Below are positions 8,399 through 17,367 of a DNA stretch of 28,506 nt, in pieces. The position numbers were made by a program, and so were the translations under genes. The first letter of the stretch is position 1. Each line of letters begins with the position of its first letter. The stretch spans positions 1 to 28,506 of the IMG/VR virus record IMGVR_UViG_3300044259_000020. One strand, written 5' to 3'. The stretch is from a virus. Its lineage: Duplodnaviria; Caudoviricetes. The notes below the pieces were generated by a model. It saw only the letters and a list, made by a program, of their open reading frames with translations, was not told the origin of the DNA and ran no database searches.

Positions 8399-8988
8399 TT
8401 GATCTCCCTTACCGGCTCAACAGCATCTCCAAGCTGAACCCGTGACGTTTGCGTGGTCGGGGCATTGTTTGGGTTGGCTATGTTGCCGCTTGAGTAATCA
8501 GCGGTCTTCTCCCTGATCTCGCTGAATGCCATGTCAGCAATCAGCATCCCCACCCCAGTTGTGGCGGTGCGCACGATCCGGTAGTCGCTTAGGGTGTAGC
8601 CATGATAAACCTTTTCAGGCATCACTATGTCGAATTTCGTCACCTCGGCGACGTGCTTTGCCATCCACTCGCTGAGGTATGCCCGGTCGAACGAATCACC
8701 CTCCTTGGTCACGCGACACATAATGGTGGACGGGTTTGCCACCTTGTTGTAGGAGACAAACGATCCTGTCTCAATCTTAAATGTTGACACCTCGGATGAT
8801 GCGCTCATTCCGATCTCAACCAGGCTGTCGATCTCCACGCTCTGGGTGTCTGAGCCTGAGTAGTAAATGCCCCACTTGTCACCAGGGAATAAGTATCCCC
8901 ACAGCTTGTTAATGGCTGCACCAATGACGCTAGTTACCGGCGCAGGGAGCTTGCCGCTTTTCAGAATCGGGATGCCAGGAATAGCCAT
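8389..8988 (-). CDS. Dit-like baseplate/tail tube initiator protein
   Basis: VSTFKIETGSFVSYNKVANP; directly after tape measure. Confidence 0.7.
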   Translation of the reverse strand: MAIPGIPILKSGKLPAPVTSVIGAAINKLWGYLFPGDKWGIYYSGSDTQSVEIDSLVEIGMSASSEVSTFKIETGSFVSYNKVANPSTIMCRVTKEGDSFDRAYLSEWMAKHVAEVTKFDIVMPEKVYHGYTLSDYRIVRTATTGVGMLIADMAFSEIREKTADYSSGNIANPNNAPTTQTSRVQLGDAVEPVREIKWQ

Positions 8989-10610
8989 TATTGAGAACCC
9001 CTATCGAACTGACGAACCAGATCGCCCTTGATGCTCTTGGCGATACCTGGGCCATCTGTGGCTTGGGTGTAGACGTTGATATAGCCGACACTCACCGCAG
9101 TATCACCGCCTCGAGTGCTGGGAGCCTGACCAATGCCGGTAAGAATGTCCTTATCGCTCAGGTAGTCCTTTCCAGACTCATGGCGGCTGATGCCTTTGAT
9201 CAGCTTCATGGCCGTTGACTGGTCATTAACGTTAATTGGTTGATTTGGATCAACGCCCAGCGATTTAGATACCGCCGATATGTAGGCGGCTGTGTTGTTC
9301 TCGTTCGGCGGAGCCCACCGACCGATTATTTTAGACACGGTATTAAGACCCCTGCCGCTATAGATCTGCAGTTGCCTGTAGAGCGCAGAAATACCCTCAA
9401 CGGTTGATCCGAAGCGAGCAAAGCCTTTATCTCCTGCCGACGCGCCACGCTGCCCGACAAAGCGCAGGTTGCCGGGGTTGTTGTTGCGCTCTGCCAGGGT
9501 AGCACCTGGTTTATTGGCCGTTGTCGGGCCCATGTAGTTAGAGCCCTGCTGCTTCTTGAGCTCATCATCCTCTCCCTCGTTGAGCCCTCCAGAATAAAGC
9601 AGGAAGCCGAGGGGCGCTGCTAGGGATGCTGCGCCGGCTGCTGCAGCTGACAATTTCGTCGCAAGGGTTGCTATGCCAGAGATTACAGCACCGCCGCCAA
9701 GTAGGCGCATGGTGCCAAGCGCCAACAGCAGCGTGGTGCTCCACCCGTTGGTTATTTCATCGAGGTGAACGAAGGCATCGGTGATTTTCGATAGCGGAGG
9801 AATTGCCACCTCGGCAAAGTTAACCATCGACTGCGCCATGCGCTCTAGTGCCGGCAAGATCTTGATGACAAGTTCTCGGGTTAGCTTCTCAAGTCGTTGC
9901 TGGGCCTTGATCCATGTCTGCTCCGCCTTGTATGCCGCATCAGCATCGGCCTGGCTGAAGCCCTGCATGCTCTTGATGGTTGACTCTAGCTGGCGGCCAC
10001 CCTTAGTCAGCAGGTTGATTGTGCCCTCATCAAAGCCCATTTGCTTAAGGTAGGCATAGCGCTGCTGGGTGTCAGGGAAAGCCTTCTCAGTGGCCTTGGA
10101 TATGTCCTGCAAGACGGTAGTTAGCGGCTTGGCCTTACCGGTGGCATCGGTGATCGAAACGCCAAGCTGCCGCAAGTACGGCGAAAGGGATGACTCCCCC
10201 TTCATGTAGATCTCGGTGATCTGCCCATTCAGGTTTTGCAGGGTTCCTAGAAAACCTTCCATGGAGCCGCCATTCAACTCAGCTGCCTTGCCCCATCGGT
10301 GCAGCGTGTCAGCGGAAATATTGAGGTTTTTGGATAGGCGGGACAGATTGGCCCCAGTGGTTACCACGTCTCGGGTAAAGTTAATCAGGCCTTTGCCAAC
10401 AGTGAGCACCGCAAAGAACTTCAGGGCAGCCGACTGGAGCTGACCGAAAAACTCTGCAGCCTGCTTGCCGGATGCGGCGATCTGCTTGCCAACCCGATCA
10501 GTTGATTGCCGGGTGCGCGCCAGCTCCTTTTCTGTTTGCTTTACGCCGGCCTGAAAATCCTTGTTATCAAGCCCAAGCGTCACAATCAGGCTGTCAATGA
10601 CTGTCGGCAT
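8988..10610 (-). CDS. tape measure protein with C-terminal lysozyme-like domain
   Basis: VIDSLIVTLGLD start, helical body, RNNNPGNLR...RWAPPNENNTAAYI...HESG. Confidence 0.85.
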   Translation of the reverse strand: MPTVIDSLIVTLGLDNKDFQAGVKQTEKELARTRQSTDRVGKQIAASGKQAAEFFGQLQSAALKFFAVLTVGKGLINFTRDVVTTGANLSRLSKNLNISADTLHRWGKAAELNGGSMEGFLGTLQNLNGQITEIYMKGESSLSPYLRQLGVSITDATGKAKPLTTVLQDISKATEKAFPDTQQRYAYLKQMGFDEGTINLLTKGGRQLESTIKSMQGFSQADADAAYKAEQTWIKAQQRLEKLTRELVIKILPALERMAQSMVNFAEVAIPPLSKITDAFVHLDEITNGWSTTLLLALGTMRLLGGGAVISGIATLATKLSAAAAGAASLAAPLGFLLYSGGLNEGEDDELKKQQGSNYMGPTTANKPGATLAERNNNPGNLRFVGQRGASAGDKGFARFGSTVEGISALYRQLQIYSGRGLNTVSKIIGRWAPPNENNTAAYISAVSKSLGVDPNQPINVNDQSTAMKLIKGISRHESGKDYLSDKDILTGIGQAPSTRGGDTAVSVGYINVYTQATDGPGIAKSIKGDLVRQFDRGSQ

Positions 10611-10836
10611 GTTGATTCATCCTCGCCCTGTTTATGCTGTCAATCCGGTGGATCTCCAACATCCTATAGGCATCATATGGCCCGTAAATTGTCTGCAGCT
10701 CAACCAGCGTGGCGAGTCTAGCTGATATTAGTGCCCCGATAATGCCTGGGGTGTTGGCGTAAGCAACTAGCTCAATGCCGCCACCCCCTGCATTTTCAGC
10801 AACCGTCAGATCTGCTGCTCGCCATCCGTGAAAAAA
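10594..10836 (-). CDS. -1 frameshift extension of tail assembly chaperone (gpGT-like)
   Basis: Slippery T TTT TTC at 10836-10830; -1 frame open for 78 codons to TGA at 10594 and includes ATLVELQTIYGPYDAYRMLEI. Confidence 0.75.
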   Translation of the reverse strand, partial: FFHGWRAADLTVAENAGGGGIELVAYANTPGIIGALISARLATLVELQTIYGPYDAYRMLEIHRIDSINRARMNQHADSH

Positions 10837-11198
10837 CCGATATGCAGTTCAAACACAGCCTTGCGCAGCTCAACACGGGTTGCAACTTCTTCGATGTCGC
10901 CTTTGTTAAGTTCACGCTCACCGCCGGCAGGCATCACTACCTTGACGCAAGCCATCATTTCATCAAGCAGTGGCTTGATTTGATCTGCCGGAGCCTTGGC
11001 AAGCGCCTTCAAGCCCTGGCCGGCCAGCTCAGCAAGCGGTGCCTGAAAGTTGATATTTGCATCAGTCCCAGCAATCGCTTGCAGGGCGCGGAATGCCCAC
11101 CATTCCGCCCCTTCTGCGTCCATTTCGGTGATCTTGAACCTCTTGCCTTCATCGCGGCCTTTGCCGATCTCAACAACTTCGCTTCGTCTCATCATCAT
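10806..11198 (-). CDS. tail assembly chaperone (gpG-like)
   Basis: GRDEGKRFKITEM...DIEEVAT...LHIGFF; between tube and tape measure. Confidence 0.8.
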   Translation of the reverse strand: MMMRRSEVVEIGKGRDEGKRFKITEMDAEGAEWWAFRALQAIAGTDANINFQAPLAELAGQGLKALAKAPADQIKPLLDEMMACVKVVMPAGGERELNKGDIEEVATRVELRKAVFELHIGFFTDGEQQI

Positions 11199-11207
11199 CT
11201 CCAGTCA

Positions 11208-11648
11208 TTAGCTAAGCGGGGTTGGCAGTACGGTTTCCCATGTGATGGTATAGGTGGTTGGCTGCAGAACGCGCTGAGCGTTGGGCATGATGTCAACCCG
11301 ATTGAGCACCCCGCGCCCCATGGTATAGGTGCGCTGCAGTCCCGGCATGGTGATCACCGCATTAAGTCGGTAAATGGTTCGGTTGGCATCCTGAGCCAGG
11401 ATGATGCCATCGAACACGTCACGACTGGAACTGTCTGCTTGCAGGGTGATGGTCTGGGTGTACGCCCGAGGAACCCAACCGGCAGACAGTTTCCCGTCAA
11501 CACCAAGGGAGGTTTCTGCGGTATCTGCGCCATCAACGGAGAATGCCGCATCGGCGGCAAACCCTTGGATCTGAATCGCGGCAAGCGCGAAATCTGCGGA
11601 GCTGAGAACGAAAACGCTGTCAGCGCTGGTAATAGTCCGTGATGCCAT
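11208..11648 (-). CDS. tail tube protein
   Basis: TITSADS..IQGFAADAAF..GVDGKLSAGWV..TITLQADS; follows sheath. Confidence 0.8.
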   Translation of the reverse strand: MASRTITSADSVFVLSSADFALAAIQIQGFAADAAFSVDGADTAETSLGVDGKLSAGWVPRAYTQTITLQADSSSRDVFDGIILAQDANRTIYRLNAVITMPGLQRTYTMGRGVLNRVDIMPNAQRVLQPTTYTITWETVLPTPLS

Positions 11649-11660
11649 TTCTCAGTCTCC

Positions 11661-13142
11661 TTAAAGCACGGCGATGGATGCGAGGGTGATTTGCTGCACA
11701 CTTCCACCGTCCATATACCATAGTTTGATCGGCGGTGATTGGCGGTTACCGCGAGTTTGCGCGGTAGCATCCAGGATTTGCAGGTAATAGCCCTTGCTTT
11801 GCAGGTCGGAGCTAATATCAATCCCTGCTTGCTGGGCAATGATTGCCTTCTGGGCGCTACTCAGGCTAACACCGGTTCGGATGGTGCCGTTGTTAAGGGC
11901 CTCATTAATCGGGTCTTGACACCAAGCGCGGATCAGCGAGTACCCGAGCTGGTTGTAAGGAGCGGAGTTGACCGACAACAAACCCTCAAACATGGCAAGT
12001 CGAAGCTGGCTATTAAGGCGGATCTGGCACACATAAGAGTCAGCCCACGAGAAGCCTGATCCATTCATGCGGCCGTCATACATGACGTTGTATTCGTTTC
12101 CGTCACCACGGTCGGCGTAGAACCCGTAATAGCTTGCGTTGTTGCTTAGCGCTGCAGTTGCGTCAGCCAAATTGGTGATATTAGCAGACTGGTCGGAGAA
12201 CTGGCGGAATGCCAGGGTGCTGCGACCATTAACGCTTTCCCAGTCAATCGAACCGGCCCACGCGCACACCATGGCGCCCTTGGTGGCGTCACCGTAAACA
12301 ACAAGGGTTCCGTCAATGCTGTCAGTTTTGACGATAGAGCCGAAAACGGCTGAGTTGTCAGCAGTCTTGTACCCAACATCGCTATCCCAAGCGACGTACA
12401 GGTACCACTGTTCCTCGCTGCTACTCCAGCGGCCGAACCCGTCCATTTCGGTAGCGTCAGCGGTAAAGATAGGCATGAAGGTTACCCAGTTAAGGTTTTG
12501 GGTTTTCATGCGGGCCATTGCGGTGGACGGTGTGTCAGCATCAGCGCCCTGCGACAGGATGCCAGCAGACAGACCGAGACTGGCAGCGGTGGTGCCGGTG
12601 GCTTGGGTGATGGTGGATGCAGCGCCGGTAGTTCCGGAGGTGATCACAAACCGCGATGCGGTGGCGTCCCAAGTTACAGCAGCGCCGCCAGAAAGCGACA
12701 GAGCGGTGCCAATCTTGGAGGCTGCATCAGTGAAGCTGGTTGCAGTTGACAGGTTGAGTGATGCAGCAGTTTTCGCTACGCCATCAATGGTAACTGTCAA
12801 AGTGCCTGAGATAGCCTGCAGCTGGGTTAGGGTCATGCCAGCAAGCGACTGTCCGCGCAACCAGGCGGCACGGTCTGCAGCTGCATAGCCACCAAAAAAC
12901 AGAGTGCCAGGTGTTTTGAAGCTGTTATCAGGCCCAGAGAAGTAGATCCCTGCAAGCTGGTACTGGGTTGAGTTGAAGCCGTAGTAATTACCCACGCTGT
13001 CTTTGTCTGCAAAAGAAAGCAGGCTTGACACCGGGGTGGTTAATCCGTCATCGATAAACAGCGCATTGAGACTGAGCGGGCTGCCGCCAGTGCCCACCAC
13101 TGCGGGGTTGATCTTGACAATCTGGCTGACAGGAATTGCCAT
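11661..13142 (-). CDS. tail sheath protein (DUF3383-like)
   Basis: AIPVSQIVKINP start, PYNQLGY, KGYYLQI, LWYMDGGSVQQI. Confidence 0.9.
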   Translation of the reverse strand: MAIPVSQIVKINPAVVGTGGSPLSLNALFIDDGLTTPVSSLLSFADKDSVGNYYGFNSTQYQLAGIYFSGPDNSFKTPGTLFFGGYAAADRAAWLRGQSLAGMTLTQLQAISGTLTVTIDGVAKTAASLNLSTATSFTDAASKIGTALSLSGGAAVTWDATASRFVITSGTTGAASTITQATGTTAASLGLSAGILSQGADADTPSTAMARMKTQNLNWVTFMPIFTADATEMDGFGRWSSSEEQWYLYVAWDSDVGYKTADNSAVFGSIVKTDSIDGTLVVYGDATKGAMVCAWAGSIDWESVNGRSTLAFRQFSDQSANITNLADATAALSNNASYYGFYADRGDGNEYNVMYDGRMNGSGFSWADSYVCQIRLNSQLRLAMFEGLLSVNSAPYNQLGYSLIRAWCQDPINEALNNGTIRTGVSLSSAQKAIIAQQAGIDISSDLQSKGYYLQILDATAQTRGNRQSPPIKLWYMDGGSVQQITLASIAVL

Positions 13143-13153
13143 CGCCTAATCTC

Positions 13154-13675
13154 CTATACGGGGTTGATTAAATCAGCAGCAACAACGCCAGTTTCACCAA
13201 CGGTATCGAACTGCTCTGCTGTCACTGTGATGGTTGCATTATATTGCAATGAGGCTGTTACCGTCCAACGGGATACATACTGCTGCTCGCCGTCAATCAA
13301 TGGCGATTGGATTCCGTCACTGCAGTAAAGCGGTGATATGCCTAACGGGAATTTATCGGCGGCATACATGCTGCGAAGCAATGTTTTAGTGGTTCCGCAC
13401 ATCTCGCCGGCCTGGCCGTCGTAAAAGTCGATCTGAATGTCGGCCCGGGTGGATCGCACAAACGTACCGGTTACGGCTGCTCCGTCATACTCGTTGACGG
13501 TTGTGGCTAAGTCGTACTGTCCAAGCTCGGTAAGCACAATGCACGGCGGAGGTGGCATGGCTACCCGGTTAACCTGGGCTCGCACAATCTGCGTGCCTGA
13601 AGGCATGAGCGGATCGAGAAAATTAGCTAGGGCGGCGACCACGTTGTCGATAGTGATGCTGGGGATCACGCTCAC
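13154..13675 (-). CDS. tail terminator/neck protein
   Basis: GTG start overlapping upstream stop; AQVNRVAMP, IQIDFY, PLYCSD, EQQYVSRW. Confidence 0.75.
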   Translation of the reverse strand: MSVIPSITIDNVVAALANFLDPLMPSGTQIVRAQVNRVAMPPPPCIVLTELGQYDLATTVNEYDGAAVTGTFVRSTRADIQIDFYDGQAGEMCGTTKTLLRSMYAADKFPLGISPLYCSDGIQSPLIDGEQQYVSRWTVTASLQYNATITVTAEQFDTVGETGVVAADLINPV

Positions 13676-14046
13676 GATTCGGCCCCCTGATAGCAAATGA
13701 CAACCTTGCACCAATCCGGCCACTGTTCCAGCACTTTAACGACAAGCCACACTCCGCCATCAAACACCAGCATGTCACCGCCGCGCTCATCGGGCTTAAT
13801 AACGCCAGCCACTTGGCCGTAAAGATAGGCCGCTCGCAATGTGCCTTGGATGTTGAGACCATCCATCTGCTTGACGTCATCGGCGCTCAGGGCTTGGATG
13901 TTTGCCTCCCCTGGCGTGCTGACGTAGGCGGGAACTTGGCGGCGAGTGAGCGGATCAACGGTGTAACCGTCAGAGCTGAGTACCACAACTGATTGGTTTG
14001 GGTTGATCGTTTGCGTGTAAGCGTTGGCAATGCCTCGAAGGTTCAT
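13672..14046 (-). CDS. head-tail adaptor/closure protein
   Basis: MNLRGIAN..INP, GGDMLVF..WLVVKVLEQWPDW; synteny. Confidence 0.75.
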   Translation of the reverse strand: MNLRGIANAYTQTINPNQSVVVLSSDGYTVDPLTRRQVPAYVSTPGEANIQALSADDVKQMDGLNIQGTLRAAYLYGQVAGVIKPDERGGDMLVFDGGVWLVVKVLEQWPDWCKVVICYQGAES

Positions 14047-14492
14047 TAATCACCGCCTGTTTTTACATTGTAGGTTATGGATCGCTGCATTTGCCCAGAG
14101 TCAATGAGCGGCTTGTCAAATCCCTTCGCGGAAATGGTCGATGGCGCGTTGCCTGGCTCAGTCCATCCAACGATACTTGATTGAAGTTGGTCGGATATTT
14201 TCTCGCCAACCATCGATAAAGCCTGCTTCGTGTTGTAGCGCGAAGCCTTGGCTGCCTTTGCGAATACATCAGGCCACGCCTCAGAATTTCGCTCAATCAT
14301 CTTGCGGAAAAATGGTCTTGCCGGGGATCTGGTGGTTCCGAACTCATTCCAGAATGCGACTTGAGCAACCGGCGTCCCGTCGGGGTAGGTGGCGCCAGAC
14401 ATAAAACCGACTGATAGCTCGCCAGACTCCATGCCTTTGGCTATCTCCACCAGCTTTTGCCTGAGCTTGTCACCGCCGCTTAGGGTTGCCAT
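14046..14492 (-). CDS. neck/tail completion protein (HK97 gp10-like)
   Basis: VAFWNEFGT..PARPFFR, NAPSTI..KGFDKPLIDSG. Confidence 0.8.
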   Translation of the reverse strand: MATLSGGDKLRQKLVEIAKGMESGELSVGFMSGATYPDGTPVAQVAFWNEFGTTRSPARPFFRKMIERNSEAWPDVFAKAAKASRYNTKQALSMVGEKISDQLQSSIVGWTEPGNAPSTISAKGFDKPLIDSGQMQRSITYNVKTGGD

Positions 14493-14719
14493 GATGCGAA
14501 ATTATCCGTTTTTTGCATAACAATCGATACCGAGTCCCATTTTGTGGATCCATCAAAAAACGGCGCTTTGGCAGCTGGCTCCTGATTGCTCTCCGAAAAG
14601 TTAAATCTTAGGCCAGCGCTTTCCAGTTCAAGCAAGTCATTTTCGCAAAGGACCGCCTTAACAGCCTTGATCCTTATGCTGTCAATGGACTCGCTAATCA
14701 CTTCCCACTTTACGCGCAT
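14480..14719 (-). CDS. hypothetical protein (79 aa) inserted in neck module
   Basis: Start MRVKWE at 14719 with GAGG RBS, 1 nt after upstream stop; fills the gap. Confidence 0.6.
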   Translation of the reverse strand: MRVKWEVISESIDSIRIKAVKAVLCENDLLELESAGLRFNFSESNQEPAAKAPFFDGSTKWDSVSIVMQKTDNFASWQP

Positions 14720-14720
14720 G

Positions 14721-15119
14721 TCAGTACCTCGTCGGCCTGGCTCGATAGACAAAGCTACGGAGATTGGATGTTGCCTGCCAGAATGCGGCGCCGTATGGCG
14801 TTTGGGAGAACCAGATCCCAGATCCAGCAACGGCATACTCGCTAGATGCACTGACAGAGCCCTCTGATGCCGAAGAAACCCGGCCAACCATTCCGTTGGG
14901 CTTTCCGTTTTTATTCAGACAGCCGTTGATCATCCCGGTGTGAGCAACCAGCATCCAGAACAGAGACAGGCGCCGAGCCTCGTCGGCAACCGGGCAATCT
15001 GTGTTGGATAGGTAAAGCTGCGCATCCACAAAGTAGGCATCAAGCAGGGCATTCGCCACCCCTGAGAACTCGGGGTAGCGAACTTTGAAAGCGCCTGCAT
15101 CAAATGTCACGGCGCCCAT
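14721..15119 (-). CDS. head-tail connector (DUF4054-like)
   Basis: FKVRYPEF, GRVSSASEGSVS, WFSQTPYGAAFW. Confidence 0.88.
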   Translation of the reverse strand: MGAVTFDAGAFKVRYPEFSGVANALLDAYFVDAQLYLSNTDCPVADEARRLSLFWMLVAHTGMINGCLNKNGKPNGMVGRVSSASEGSVSASSEYAVAGSGIWFSQTPYGAAFWQATSNLRSFVYRARPTRY

Positions 15120-15122
15120 ATA

Positions 15123-15452
15123 TTACTTGCCTGCCAGGGTGATACCATCACCCTCTTGATCGACACCTTCCAAGCCAGTCTTGGTGTCTTTAAGATCTTT
15201 CTGCTTGGCCTTGGCTCGTGATTGATTAGACTCAGCAAACACGGCGCCATTTTTCACATATTCTTGGTCGGCGTGGTCTTTCAGCCATGCAGCCCAGAAG
15301 GACTCGTCCACATCGGTATAACCACACATGGCCGGAGTGAGATAGAGAGCCCCGCCCATGCCTGAATTTTGTCCGGCGATCTCAACTTTCTGTTCGCCTA
15401 CTTGCAGCACAAGGCCATTCGGCAGGCGGCATCCAACGGTAACTGTAGCCAT
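15123..15452 (-). CDS. conserved head-module protein
   Basis: VTVGCRLPNGLVL...FWAAW...VKNGAVFA...KTGLE; after capsid gene. Confidence 0.75.
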   Translation of the reverse strand: MATVTVGCRLPNGLVLQVGEQKVEIAGQNSGMGGALYLTPAMCGYTDVDESFWAAWLKDHADQEYVKNGAVFAESNQSRAKAKQKDLKDTKTGLEGVDQEGDGITLAGK

Positions 15453-15634
15453 TACTTTTTCTCCTTCGGGTTTGCATCAATCATCAGCGCATCAACATCA
15501 AAAGCACAGGTCTCCATCTTACCATCAACGCACCAAACGCACACAACTTGCCCATCTTCTCGGGTTTCGTTGACGGTCATGGCTGGAGAGCCAGATTTAA
15601 GGCGCACAATGGCGCCTTTCTCAATGGAGCTCAT
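15452..15634 (-). CDS. YodC/DUF2158-like small protein
   Basis: KGAIVRLKSGSPAMTV...VCVW...F..DAL motif; start set at MSSIEK. Confidence 0.75.
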   Translation of the reverse strand: MSSIEKGAIVRLKSGSPAMTVNETREDGQVVCVWCVDGKMETCAFDVDALMIDANPKEKK

Positions 15635-15785
15635 TGGTGTTCTCTTCGTCAATCATTGCAGCAAGAGCCGATTTCACGGACTCAGGCAGATTCTCAAACT
15701 CATCAACAAGCGCCTGCATGAGCGCCTGCACCTCGTCAATATCACCAATCCGCACTGATATTTGCATTTGCATCGGCTTCATCAT
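15621..15785 (-). CDS. small acidic hypothetical protein (54 aa)
   Basis: GGAGG RBS before MMKPMQ, immediately after the post-capsid hairpin. Confidence 0.55.
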   Translation of the reverse strand: MMKPMQMQISVRIGDIDEVQALMQALVDEFENLPESVKSALAAMIDEENTNELH

Positions 15786-15792
15786 CGCCTCC

Positions 15793-15816
15793 AAAGGGGC
15801 GGGGCCGAAGCCCCGC
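15793..15816 (-). terminator. cUUCGg hairpin after capsid gene (partial terminator or stability element)
   Basis: GCGGGGC-TTCG-GCCCCGC followed by CCCTTT. Confidence 0.65.
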
Positions 15817-15821
15817 AACCA

Positions 15822-16868
15822 TCAGACACCAAGCATGCCTTGCACTGCACCGGGGCGGTATATGACAGTACCCCATGTGCCCTGCGACTTCTTCTGTTTG
15901 AAGCTGGAGGAACCAACCACGACCGGGTGAGCGCGCAGCTTCTCGGTGAAGCAGCAATCCCAAGTGCGCTGGCCGTCGATGTTGTTTGCAACCAGCTGCA
16001 CCTGCTCGCCGGACGCGGTGGAGTACTGCGGAACGGTTTCCACCTTGAGGTTTGGATAGTTCTTCTTCAGCAGGTCGGACACGCTGACGTTGAACTCGTT
16101 GGTAATGGTGAGGGCAACTTCAACTTTCGGGCTCAGGATGAAGGTCATGTCTGAGTCAAGGCTGATGTGGCCATTCAAGCGGCTTTGGAGTGCGTAGTAC
16201 ATGGACTGCACATCCTTCAGCACTTCCAGTGCGGTAGCGTTGGGGACGCCGTTGTTTACCCACTTGACACCACCGGCAGCCTTAGTTGCAGGGGTCAGGC
16301 TGGCGGGCAGCAGCGGGTCATTCAGCATGCCGTAGTTTTGTAGGCCGGACACACCGAAGATATAGGTGCTGTTCTGGCGACGCATCAGGTTAGACACGGA
16401 AACCATGTTGACCCGTGCGGCAAAGTCGATCTTAGCCAGCCCAGCGCGCTCCAGCTCACGCTCACCCCACTGGGTCATCACTTGATAGTGATAGGCCTGG
16501 CGTTGCGGGAAGTTGGTATTCACGCCGGTTGCACCGCCTTCACTGTAATCACCGTAAGCGGTGGTAACGCCGGTGCCTTCAACTACCGGAAACATAGCGG
16601 TCTCAGTAACCCAGTCGCCCTTTTTGACTTCCGCGCCAACAGCATCAACCGCCTTGGTCGGGGCAACCAATACCTCGATGATCTTCGGGTCAATGAAGGT
16701 TGACAGGAAGGCCGGGATGCCTGAGTTACCGGTGGTGACAAGGGCTGGCTGAGCATCCATTGCCAGGTTGAGATCGTAGGAAATATTGGTATCCAAAGCC
16801 ATGGGCTGAACGCCCATGAAGTGGATGCCAGCGCGGCGCTCGAGCTCTTTAAAGTCGATATTCATCAT
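15822..16868 (-). CDS. major capsid protein (DUF2184-like)
   Basis: NSGIPAFL, EVKKGDW, YGDYS, WGERELE, YGMLNDP, QGTWGTVIYRP. Confidence 0.9.
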   Translation of the reverse strand: MMNIDFKELERRAGIHFMGVQPMALDTNISYDLNLAMDAQPALVTTGNSGIPAFLSTFIDPKIIEVLVAPTKAVDAVGAEVKKGDWVTETAMFPVVEGTGVTTAYGDYSEGGATGVNTNFPQRQAYHYQVMTQWGERELERAGLAKIDFAARVNMVSVSNLMRRQNSTYIFGVSGLQNYGMLNDPLLPASLTPATKAAGGVKWVNNGVPNATALEVLKDVQSMYYALQSRLNGHISLDSDMTFILSPKVEVALTITNEFNVSVSDLLKKNYPNLKVETVPQYSTASGEQVQLVANNIDGQRTWDCCFTEKLRAHPVVVGSSSFKQKKSQGTWGTVIYRPGAVQGMLGV

Positions 16869-16875
16869 CGGCTCC

Positions 16876-17355
16876 TTACAGGGTGATTACTGCAAGCTCG
16901 CCAATGGCGCACGCTTGAGTGATAACGAACGGGGTTTCGACAAACCCAGAAATGGTAGCGCCAGCCGCACCAGGCTGCATGGTGCCATCGGCCAACTTGG
17001 CGAAAGCCTTGTTACCCAGAACTGAGGCTGCAACAGTGCTGGTGGCGAAGTAGTCGCCAGTGCGCATCACGGTTACAGGGAAACCCTGCGGAATGACGTT
17101 GCCGGACTCCGCCAGGTAGGTGGTGATCAAGGCTTGCTGCTCACGATGCACAAAGCCATTCGGCGCGCCGGTGCCGGTATTCAGCACAGTAACGCCATCA
17201 GCTTGGATCCAGCAGAAGCGACCAACGGTTACGCCGGCTGCTCCGGCAACAAAACCACCTTCCGGGCTCGGATAAGACGCGCGCGGGTTGGCGGATGCAA
17301 AGTCACCAGCAACGGCGGGAGCCTGCTGGAGGGTTACGGATACTTGAAAACCCAT
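16876..17355 (-). CDS. capsid decoration/cement protein
   Basis: PAVAGDFASANP, GFVHREQQALIT; between scaffold and capsid genes. Confidence 0.75.
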   Translation of the reverse strand: MGFQVSVTLQQAPAVAGDFASANPRASYPSPEGGFVAGAAGVTVGRFCWIQADGVTVLNTGTGAPNGFVHREQQALITTYLAESGNVIPQGFPVTVMRTGDYFATSTVAASVLGNKAFAKLADGTMQPGAAGATISGFVETPFVITQACAIGELAVITL

Positions 17356-17367
17356 TTTATAGGCTCC

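Noticed and set aside
10842-11642. 266-aa antisense ORF
   Set aside because: Opposite the tube and chaperone genes, no recognisable motif
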